A stretch of DNA of 63,707 bases from Bacillota bacterium. Its GTDB lineage: Bacteria > Bacillota > Clostridia > Christensenellales > DTU072. The notes under the pieces are model-generated. The model was not told the origin of the DNA and made no database searches. It was given only the letters and a program-made list of their open reading frames with translations. Shown piece by piece: positions 48,801 to 60,800 of the stretch. Numbering within the stretch: the stretch's first letter is position 1; each line of letters begins with the position of its first letter. The position numbers and the translations under genes were made by a program. The DNA is taken from assembly GCA_009781445.1 (NCBI GenBank), contig WQYD01000005.1, forward strand, positions 1 to 63,707. The letters run 5' to 3'.

Positions 48801-51800
48801 GGTTAGAGGATACTTTGCAGACGGTACATGGTACACGATTATGGACACGGCAACCGTTTCAAGCGGTGCTTTAAGCAGAACATTCCAATTCGCAATACCT
48901 CAAGATGCCATTGCCTCGCCTACAGTTGATTTGATTTTCGGCTTCAACGGCGATCCTTTCAACCTTGGCACTCAAACTATGAGTTTAACTTCCACATGGA
49001 CGCTTTCGGGCAAAATAGTTTCATTCACAGGAAACATTATCGGTAACTTAAATTCCACATATAGTTCCTTAGTTAGCTTAAATGCCGAACTTTCGGGAAG
49101 CTATCCAAGGGAAATTCTATTTGACGCACAAATTCACAACTTCGGAACAGCCCCCGCATTATCAGTGGGCAGAGAGGGTGCTACTCAAGCAGGCGTTAGC
49201 TTCCTTGGCGGTATTGTTAAAAACACCGGTGGCGGTTCGGCACTTCAAATTTCAGGTGTGTACAGATCAAATAACGGCTACCTCACGGCTATTTCGGATT
49301 CTACCGAACCCACGGTAACATTCTCAACCCACCGCCGTAGCTATGAAGTTCACGGCTTGCACGCCACAAACCTCGGCAGTGGCCCTGCCCTCGGTATCAC
49401 AGGCGTAATCGGTGAAAGGGGATTGGGCAACACCTCAGTTCATTACACCATTAGCGGTGAAAACACTGTTCTTCGTTCGGAAGGCGGTGCAGGCATTTTC
49501 TTTAGTGCTTTCCATGACGAAACGGCGGCGGTTGAAACCTCTTTCACAATGCTTGGCGGTACTGTTTCAGGGCTAACCGCAGGAATTCACATTACAGGAC
49601 ACACAAGTGTTCACCGTCCGCTTGAAGTTAACATTAACGGCGGAACAGTGTTCTCTAACAACGGAAACGCGGTGGTTATAGGGCAGTACGCAACACTAAC
49701 ATTTGCAGTGGAAAGAACGGATAAAGCAACTTCTGCGCCTGTTCTTTATTCAATAAGTGGCTACGCGCTTCACTTCACTAATTATTTAAGAGATATCTAT
49801 ATTGGCGAAGAAGCAACTGTTTACTCAATAAACAGCTATGCAATTATTACACAAGGGCATTTATACATTAATTCGTCAAACAGCGCGGAAATCCCCACCA
49901 AAATATATTCCGTGAACGGTGTAGCAATTGCGATTGATGGTTATAGCCTTTGGGGTTCTACAGTACATTTTGTAGATAACGGCGGTGAAATAGTTATTTT
50001 CTCTGAAGGGGGTTACGCAATAGCAGTTTCTGGTTCGGGCAATGTTAGAGGCTATGGAACTTCCACCCAAGTAACCATTTATTCAATCCCAAGCCATGCA
50101 ATTTATGTGTATGGTTTTGGCGGTATTCATTTGGATTCCATGAGGGCTTCTGTTTATATTTATTCAGAACTTGATATTCCAGTGTATTTACAAAGCACAT
50201 GGACTAACAGCCAATCTCATTTCCATGTAGCTAACCGCATTGTTAACTTTGCTGAGGATATGCCCTCTATTTATACCGCACAAAGTATTAACCTTGCGCA
50301 CGGTAGTGGCAACACTTCCCCTGTGGGTATTGAGGGGCATATTCTTCTTGATTATAGTGCCACAATTCAGCTAAGCAACTCTTCTGCGCCAAAAGGTGCT
50401 AACGAAACAGGCGAAGTTTCCGTGAGGCTTGCAGGCGAACCTAATGTTGATTGGGTTACGGGTGCAATTGTTGCAACAAATAGCGGACACGCTTCACAGC
50501 TTGCACTCTTTACTCATTACACTCTTGACGGTGAGGGTGATATTCAATTGCGCCGTGTTTCAAATAATATTGTGATTTACTTCGCAGGCGTTCCTGCTGA
50601 ACCGGGGTATAACGACTATATTATTTATAACAACACAAGCGGTGGCTTCACTCTTCTTGAGGGTGCCACAAATTGGCAGTTCTCAAACCATGATATGGAA
50701 AATATTATTTCCGCATTAGACTTCAGAACTCAGCATTTTGCCCAACAAACTGGCAATTATATGTTCACGCTTAGGTTCGGAAGGACGGATAGTGAATGGC
50801 TTAATATCGGCGATCAAACCGTGTTCTTTATAAACGGTATGTTGGGTTTCTACATGCTTGGCAATATCAGAGGCAGTTCAAGCGAAGGCGTGGTGGTATT
50901 TCACGGACATCTCTGGGGCTACAGTGGCGTGATAATAAGCTGTAACATAACAAGTGAAGGTAGTGGCTTAGCACTTGCTTCTAACGGTGCATGGCTTCAT
51001 TTTGCACGCGGTACAATTCAAAACACAGGCACAGGCGGTGCATACTCTGATAAATCGGGGCATTGGGACGGTATGTGGTGGGGTGGTTGGGAATATGCCC
51101 CCTATACCCATGTGGGTAGCAACTTGCCCGTATCCTTCCTATCAAATTCTGCCACAGTGCCTACCGTGTATATAAGTGGTTTGTTATACCTTTACGGCAA
51201 AAATGTAACAATTAAAAACACAGCTTTAGGCGGAACGGCACTTCATATGCAAGGCGGGGCGGACATTTCACTTGATTATTATAATAATCGCTATTACGGG
51301 AACGGAAGTTACGAAGATCAAATGTCAAGATTGTACAGTAACGGAATTTCCCCTTATATGTTCGCGATAATTGATAACGCAGTATCGGCAGAACTGCCCC
51401 ACGGTTTAATCCTTATTGAGGGTTGCACAGGAATTTTAATTCCTATTGGCGGGGATGTGCGCGTAATGGTTGGCGATCCAAGAAGGGTTTCGGGTTCAAT
51501 CACAATCAGAAGCAACGGCATTGGTTCAGCAGTTGAAAACCACGGCGTGTTCTTATTAAAAGATCCGAATGTGGTACCCCCTTCCATGGGCCCAAGAAAC
51601 TGGGGCGGTGGCGGTGAATACCAAGTGACGGACTTTAACCCTAATGTGCAAGTTCTTGTAACCTCTTCAGGGGATTACACGATATTTAGCACAGGGTATA
51701 TGCTAATTCCCGCATACTCTAATGTGCAGATTGTAAATTCAGGCACAGGCTATGCTATTTACGGCTGGGAACCCGATCCCGACTTTTATGACTACCATGG

Positions 51801-54800
51801 TAATTGGTATTGGTGGGGGAATTTGTATTATGAAGCCGGCATGATTGATATTTTTGCAGAATCAGTGGCATATACTCTCGGCTATGAAAACGATTACGGT
51901 GAATGGACAATTCTTTACTTAATTCAAGAGGTTACTTTAGGGCAAAACATTACGGGCAAAATTTCGGTATACGCGGAACATTTCCGTGCGCAACTATCAG
52001 ACGGCTGGGGCGGACATAGGGACGAACACGGCAATTGGACAAATCTTTACGCCCCTGCGCACTTCCCAAGTTCATTCCCTATCACTTTAAGCGGTGAATT
52101 CGGAATTGATTGGCATGAAGGTAGCAGAGTAATGTGGTGGGGTGCGCCTTACGCTAACGAAGTGTTGCTTACTAACAGAGGCTTTATTGCTTCCCCCGGG
52201 CGCAGTTATGAAGACATGGACGATCTTGTGGCAACAAGCTACATTCCTCTTGGTATTTACACAATAACCCAAAGCGGTAACTACTTTATGGTAATGGGCG
52301 AACGCTTGGGCGGTGCGCCTTACCTTGTGGCTTATGACGGTGATTTGAATTTTGCATTCGGCGAAATCCAATATGACGCAAGAAATCTAACTGAAATCAC
52401 AATTAACTTCGGCTTACTGGGTAGCCCCCTAAATATCGGCGCACGCGGTAATATCACCCTAAGCGGTGCATGGCCTAAAACTAACTTTGCAGGCACGCTT
52501 GACGCTTCCTTTAACGGATATTTATTTAGCTACGGTAGCGGTGTTAACATTGCAACCACTGCAAATATTGCTAACGCAAGCGGTGGCGTATTTAACCAAA
52601 CAGGCGGTAGCCTTTCCATAGAAGGCGGTAACATTACCGCAGTGGGCAGGGCAGTTAATGCCACAGGCGGAATGGTTTACATGAGTGGCAACCCTCAAAT
52701 CCAAGGCAGAATCAATGCAGGGATAGCAGGAATTGACGCTTCGGGATTAGTACCTACCACAACCCGCCTTTATGTGGTGGAATCCGAAAATGCAGTCCCC
52801 GGCAATGTTATGATAATTAACGGCGCGCAGTGGGCAAGAAACTTTGCTTTCGCAAGCAATGGTTACTTCTTTGCAGTTGGCACAGGCATACACGAAAACC
52901 ACCTTGTGGTATCCGATATTGCCACCAAACTTTATGCTTATGAAATCACTAAGAGTGGTAACACATATATCGCCACAGGCTACCGTTCAGACGGTGCAAG
53001 ATATGTGGTGGATAACGGCGTTGCGGATAGCGTGCAATCAGCGGTAGATGCCATTAAGGTAGACGCTGAGGGCAATAATCTATCAATCACATTTGTGGAT
53101 TTCAGCGAAGTGCTTGATATTAACACAAATCTCGTAACCTTAAATAACGCAATCGGCACATGGGGTACAATCACCCTTGCAGGCGCAATTATTAGCAATG
53201 TTAACGGCGGAAGTGATTCAGCGGTTATTATCATTGAAGACGGCGTAAGCGTTCAAAGTTTCCTTGATATCACTAACAGCGGTAACGCCTATGCCTTTAG
53301 AAATAACGGCGCAGGCACGCTAACAATCACAACCGGTAGCGTGCTTAACACAGGCACTGGAAGCGTTATCGGAAACTACGGCGGTGGCACGCTTGCTATC
53401 GGTGGCGGTACGGTTAATTCTTCCACAAAAGAGGCAATTATATCCACTGGCGGTATTGTGGATATCTTCGGCACAACTTCGCAAGTTGTCGGCAAAGGCG
53501 AAGCGGTACTTCTTGTGTCAAATACGGCTTTAAAACTTAACGGTGGCTTGGTTACCAATGCAAGCGGTGCAAATGATTATGCGGTTAAGTTAACTGATAA
53601 TCAGTCCTCTTTAACAATCGGCGGTAGCCCCAAATTGGTTGGCAATCTTGGTGCTTATCCCGAACAAATCACAGTTATAAATACCTTTAATCCCACTTCC
53701 GTTTATAGCGTTGTTCCTCAAGGTTCGTATCAAACGGATTGGAATGTTGGGGATATTTATGTGTTCGGCGGTGCTAACTTCTTGCTTAACTTCATGCTTG
53801 AAAACGAAGAAGGCTTAAGCCTTAATAAGCAAGGCAATAACCTTATCGTTTCCACAGAATCACCTGCTATTTACCGTTATAGAATTGTTAACGGTGTTTA
53901 TCCTCTTTACGAAGTTTATGGCTTCTATGCCAATAATCAAGAGTTCTTAATGAGTAATAGCCTTCCGGGTATTCCTGAGGCTTTAAACCTAATCAATTCA
54001 GACGCTAACGGTGCAAATGTGGAAATCATTTTCGGCAAAGGCGGTTCTGATATTCTTGATATGCGTGCGCCAAGCATTCAGTCACCTTTCAATGTGGCTT
54101 TCAATAACGATAACGGCGTTTGGGGCAACATTACACTTCTTGGTTCTGCATTTAAATATGCACGCCCTATAATTCTTGACGGTGTAACAGTGGTAAGCAG
54201 GGCAAACATTTCAAAGCATGAATATGACATGGGCGTGTTTGAATTGTTTGACGATGTTACCTTTACTATTGAAAGCGGTTTGTTAGAATCTTGGGCTGAT
54301 ATAGTGTATTTCTCAGGTTCAAGATCAACGCTTAATGTAACGGGCGGTGAATTAATATGCTATTCCGGTACTAACGGTTATGCTATCAATATGTCGTCCG
54401 TAGAATCGCACAACATTGTTAACATTTATGGCGAAAACACAAAAATTATCGGTGCAAGCGCAATTAGCATAAGTGGCGAAGGTTCAACCGTAAATGTTTA
54501 TGGCGGGGAACTAATCAGCAGAAGATTCTCTGTTATTGATCAAGGTTGCTATACTACCCTAAATGTTTATGACGGCAGTATTTTAGCTGAACACGGTTGG
54601 AACGGCGTACTTTGGGGCTGTTGCTATTCGGTAATAAACATTTACGGCGGACTACTTGAAAACCTAAACCCTGTTGATGACGATTATAATTACAACCCCA
54701 TTGTGGACGATATTCACTCAAGCATTTGGATGCAAGGTGCAGAGTTTAATATTTACGGCGGTACAATTAACGCGCTTGTTTATGCTAAGTATTGCCATTT

Positions 54801-57800
54801 TGGTTGGTGTTGTGACAGTGTGGACGCAATAGTAACCTTAGGCGGTACGCCCGAAGTTAACAGGACTATTATTCTTGTTAGCGGATCTGTGGCAAATGTG
54901 GTAACAAGCGGTGCTAACGCATTTAACCCCCAAGGCAATATTTACACATTAGAAGTTCGTGGCGGAAGAGCGGGCGATATCGTGGTTCTTAACGGTGCAA
55001 ACTTCTTAAGCCGTTTTAACCTTATTAAGAGTTCATTTACCCTTGAAGTTATCGGCAATAACATTGTTCTTTCAAATAGCGCACCCAAAACTTATGAGTA
55101 CACAATCGTGGAAGAAAATAGGGGCGGAAATATCGGCTTTGCAGTTTACGGCGAAAGGGTAAACGGTGCTATTTATGAAGTTATCTTCACAAGCGTTATT
55201 GCAGATGCTATTAACGCAATCCGTTCAGACGCCTCAGGCTTTGATTGCAATATCACCTTTGGCAAAGACGGCGAAACCTTGGATATTGGTTCGGCTTCGG
55301 CTGTATTCAGCAATGCGGGCATTAGCACATGGGGAACAATTTACCTCTTTGGTAGCTTATCCGCAGGCGTAACCTCTGCTAACTCTGCCACACTTCGCAT
55401 TGAAACAGACGCAGTTGTACTTTCTTGGGCAACCGTTGAATCTTACGCGGTGGGCAATGCAGTTCAGCATATGGGCGCGGATATTCTTTATATTCGCGGA
55501 ACTGTTATAAACAGCGCAGGCGGTAGATCAGCTGTAAATATGTCCTCAGGCACATTAGAGTTTGAAGAAGCGGTTGTTACCTCAAACGGTTCGTCTGCCA
55601 CTGTGGCAAACTTGGGTTCGGGCAGGCTTGTTATTGAAAACGGTAACCTAATTGAAAACACTGGCACAGGTTCAGCAGTCCAAGGTTCAGACACAGGCTT
55701 AATCTTCATGGATCGTATATCCACAATCCACGGTAACATTTCCGTGTTTGTTAACACGCTTCATGTTCGCGTATTCAACCCTGCTGTTAACGATAAATTC
55801 TATATTGATTTAAGAGGAAATCTTGGTGAAGATTTTGTAACTGGTGATAGCGTGGTTATCGGCGGTGCAAACTACTTTGATAACTTCTATTCCGCAAACC
55901 AAAGCAACTATTGGTTCGCACTTGGCGAAGGCGCAAAGATTAATGATATTGTTGTGGGCGGATATAAAACTTACGAATATATCATTTCTAATGTTGGCGC
56001 AGGTTCATATAAGGTTGAAAGCGCGCTTTCTAACGGTTCAAGATTCCAAATTGCTTTCGGGCTTTGCATTCAAGAATCTTTAATGACAATCCGCCACGAT
56101 GCCGAAAGCTACGATGTTAAAATAACATTTGAAAATGTGGATTTAGGCAATAGTTCCGTAACGATAAGTGATTATGATTTCATGGGCTACACTGGCACAT
56201 GGGGCGTGATTTCAATTTACGGTGATATCACTTCTGAGGGTTCAACCGCCACGGTTATCACGGAAGACGAAGTTATCGTTAAGAGTTTTGCAAACATTTC
56301 TAACACAAGTGATAACGGCAAAGCGGTTCTTCACGGCAGTGCGCAAATGCTTGCGATTGCAGGTGGTGAGATTAACGGCAGTGTTTCTGCTTTAATCACT
56401 GCGGGCATTCTTGCACTAACCAATACCCCTGTAATTAACGGCGATATTGCTGTGTTCAGTTCTCAGCTTGATGTTTCGGCTGTGGGCGCGTTTGTACCTC
56501 AATCAAATCAGTACACCGTTCACCTTCTTGGCAATTTCAGCACAGGAAGCGTGGCAGTTGCTGGCGCAGGAAACTTCTTAAGCAATTTCGTGCTTTCAGA
56601 TAGCTTAGCCGAAACTTATAGGATAGTAAGAGGCACAGGCACAAATAGTAACCACCTTGTTCTTGCAGGCTTTATTAGTGAAATCCATATCACTAATGTG
56701 GTAGCCCCTGTGGGCGGGCAAACGCCTAATTTCACTTCTGCATTACCCGCGCATTCTTCTTATAGCGTGGTAGAAACTTCTTGGGCGCCTGTGGCAGGTT
56801 CGTTTGGTTACGGCACTGTGTACACAGTCCGCGTAACGGTATCTGCAAGTGCTAACTATAGCTTTGCGGATATAATAGGCTTCGCCACAATTAACGGAAG
56901 CGTTGCCGAAGTTACATATAACTTAAACGGCACTATAACCTTAGCACTATCCTTTGCAAAAACCGCCTGCGCGCCTTGCGATTGCTGTGGTTTCCACTTC
57001 GGCGAACTTTGCGGTGAGGAAGATTGCGAATTTACCAAGGCTTGCAACTGCCGTTTCTGCGATTGTTGCGGTAAGTGCCAAAGGCATGCTGATCCTGAAG
57101 AGTGCTGTTGCGATAGGTGCTATTGCTATTTCTGCGCTTGCGGTGTTTGCTTAGAGTGCGATTGGTGCGAACATTCTTGCACGCATTGTGCAGACGAAGG
57201 CTGTTGCTGGTGCGATTGGGAAAATTGCGGTGTTTGCTATTGCTATCTTTACGGCGAAGAAGGCAACATTCGTTGCTGGGGTTGCACTGTTCATGATATA
57301 TTCTGCGAAAATTGTTGCGAGGCTTGCGAATGCACAACTTGTGATAATTGCAACGCATGGTGCTTATGCCCCTGCGGTGGTTGTTCAAAATGCGGTGATT
57401 GCACCTGCGATTGTGAGCATTGCGGTGATCAAGGCTGTTGCTGGTGCGAATGGGATATCTGCTATGGCTGTTATTGTTGCAGTATCTGCTTAATTCATGA
57501 ATCCTGCGATTGCGAGGTTTGTGGCTATTGCTGGCAGTGCGGTTGGTGCGGTTACGAATGTGATTGCCCCTGCAAACTTTGCGGATATGAGGGTTGTTGC
57601 GTATGCGATAGCGAAAATTGTAAAAGATTCCCCTGCCCCTGCCCTGATTGCGATCATTGCGGATTCCATGTGGATTGCTGTGGCTATTCAAGTTGCAGTT
57701 GCAGAGATTGCGGTTGCGAATTCTGCGGTTGCGGTGCTTGCTATCTGCATGACGAACCTTGCGATTGCGAATGTTGGAACTGCGGTGATATAGGCTGTTG

Positions 57801-60800
57801 CTATTGCGAGGATACTTGCTATGGCTGTTGGTGTTCTATTTGGGGCGAGGGCTTCCCTTGCAGTAATTGTTGCGTGCCACACGGGCTTTGCGATTGCGTT
57901 GCTTGTGGCGAATGTGGCGTGTGCCTTTGCGCTTGCGGTGCTTGCCCAAATTGTGACGGTTGCGAACATAATTGCCAATTCTGTGAAGACGAAGGCTGTT
58001 GCTGGTGCGAATATTGGTTATGCTATGGTTGCTGGTGCTGTGGCAATTGTGAAACGCACAAACCTTGCAAGTGCTATTGGTGCGGTTGCAACAACTGTAC
58101 TCAATGCCAAGAACACCACTTCTGTATTTGCGTGGTTTGCGGTTGCGGTATGTGTTCCTTCCATGACGGCGGTTGCGATTGCGAATGCAAGAACTGCGGT
58201 GATATATTCGGCGGTTGTTGCGTATGCGATCCCGATAATTGCTTCATTTATAGTTGCCCCTGCCCTGAGTGCCATTATTGCGTAGCACATAAGTCGGTAT
58301 GCCCCCCTGGGTATTGTAGCGGTGGCTGGTGCGAATGGTGCTGTGTTTACGGCGTGGGTAAACAAACCTGCGATTGCTGGTGGTGCAACACTTGCGGTGA
58401 ATGCGGTATACACGGTGATTGCCAAAGCTATAGGTGTGAGGACTGTTTCTGTCCTTCGGGTTGGATTTGTTCAAAAACGGGCAGTTGCTTCTGCGGATAT
58501 TGTGACGATTGCGAATGGTGTCTTTGCAGTTGCGAACACAGCGAATGCTATATAAATGAGTGCAGAGGTTGCTGTAAATGCGAATGGTGGAATTGTGGAC
58601 ATTGCTATTGCGGTACTTGCGGTTGTGCTAACCACACAAATGCAAAATGCGTTTGCACATATTGCCCTTGTTCACAGTGCGGGCGTTGCGAGGTTCACGA
58701 ATACTGCCGTTGCGTAGCTTGCTATTGCGGTAACTGCTTATTCCATGACGGTGACGATTGCGGTTGCGGTTGCAAACACTGTGCAGACGAAGGCTGTTGC
58801 GTATGCGAATCTGATTACTGCAAAATATATAAGGATTGCCCCTGCGGTTGCAATTACTGCTTTGTTCACCCGCCTTACTGCGGTTGTTGGGATTCCCCTC
58901 ATTGCAGTTGCAATAAAATTATAAACGGTTGCTGGTGCTGGTACTGCGCTTGCGGTGCTTGCATGGAATGTGATCCTTGCGAACACTGGTGCGATAATTG
59001 CGCAGATATAGGTTGCTGTTATTGCGAATCGTGGAACTGTATTTACTGCGATTATTATTACGATAATGAAAATTGCGTATGCTGTCCATGTGTTCACAAC
59101 GGGCATAATAATCAATGTGACGGCGAAAACAGGTGTTCCTTCCACTTCCCGCCTTGCGATTGTGAATTGTGTACTTTATGCGGTTTCTGCATTTGCGTAG
59201 TTTGTGGCGAATGTATGGATTGCGGTGATTGTTGCGGTGTCGGCTGTGTTCATTGCGAAGATAACGGCTGTTGCTTGTGCAGTGAGTGCAGTACATGGTG
59301 TTGGTGTTGCTATATTTGCGAAGCGCACCTTGGCGGTTGCATTTGCTATTACTGCGATTGTTGCGGTGTTTGCCTAAATTGCTTTGCGTGCAAGTGCGAA
59401 GTTTGCCGTTGCGGTTTGTGTGCATATCATGACGGCGGTTGTGATTGCGAATGCAAGAACTGCGGTCATTGGTACTTAGGCTGTTGCGTTTGCAAGCCTG
59501 AAACCTGCAAGAAAAAGACTGATTGCCCCTGCCCCGATTGCGATTGGTGCTATACTCACTTCCACCGTTATTGGTGCGGTTGCAACCCCAAGGATTGTCC
59601 TCACTACTGTTGCCCAGGGTGCGCTGAAGAACAAAATGTAATTTACGAATGTGAATGCTGGTTCTGCTTAGCCTGCGGTGCTTGTTGGGAACATGGCGGT
59701 TGCGAACACACTTGCCCTTATTGTGGCGATCAAGACGGTGGCTGTTGCCATTGTGATTGGGATAATTGCGATTGGTGTCCCTGTAGCTTCTGCTGGAATT
59801 GCACGGAACATGATAATCCGTGTGATTGCTGTTTCCCCTGCAAATGCACTATCTGCACAGATTGCTATAATGGTTGCTTATGCGCCTGCGGTGCTTGCCC
59901 CCATTGTGAGGGTTGCGAGGATTGTGACTGCGGGTACTGCGGTGACGAGGGCTGTTGCTTCTGCGACTATTTGAGGTGGGAATGCTATTACTGCGATTGC
60001 TGTAGCGTTTGCAGAGTTCACTCTAATATGCCTTGGAATCCCTGCAATTGCACTATCTGTGACGAATGCGATTACTGCACAGTTCACAGCTTCTGCCGTT
60101 GCTTCTGCGAACTCTGTGATAGCCAAGGCTGTTGCGAATGCCGTGATAGAGATTGCGATTGGTGCTGGTGCGAAAGGTGCGAAAAGTGCTATGTGCATGA
60201 CATCTCGTGCGTGTGCTGGTTCTGCTATAATTGCGGATATTGCATGGTTCATTTCCCGTGGTTCTGCTTCTGCGAATGCAATTTCTGTGACGGCAGTGGC
60301 TGTTGCGCATGCGATAGCGGAAATTGCCAAATCTATGATTGCGTCTGCGAAGATTGCAACCATTGCTTAACCCACGCTTGTTGCTGTTATAGCGAATATT
60401 GCGAATGTTGGTTCTGCGAACAATGCGGTGAATGCTTTATCCATGACGATTGCGGGCATTGCCAATATTGCGAAGGCGAGGGCTGTTGCTTATGCGAAAG
60501 CGAAAAATGCTTCCACTGCGCTTGCTATAATTCCTATCAATATAATGGCTGTGAAGCCTGTTCGTTCCACCAAATATGCTATTGCGAAACCTGCACGCTT
60601 TGTGATTTCTGCCTCTGCGAATGCGGTGCTTGCCTCAAATGCGGTGATTGCGAACATCGTTGCCCGAGGTGTCTTGATTTAGGCTGTTGCTTCTGTGATT
60701 TCTGGGCATGTAACCGTTGTTCTTGCTGTGACGGCTGTTTGAACCATGGTAGACCTCACCCCCACCCCTGCAACTGCGATTCCTGCGATTGCTGTGGCGG

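Noticed and set aside
43089-56083. Short ORFs on other frames within the beta-helix part of the giant gene
   Set aside because: They overlap a continuous, motif-bearing long frame.
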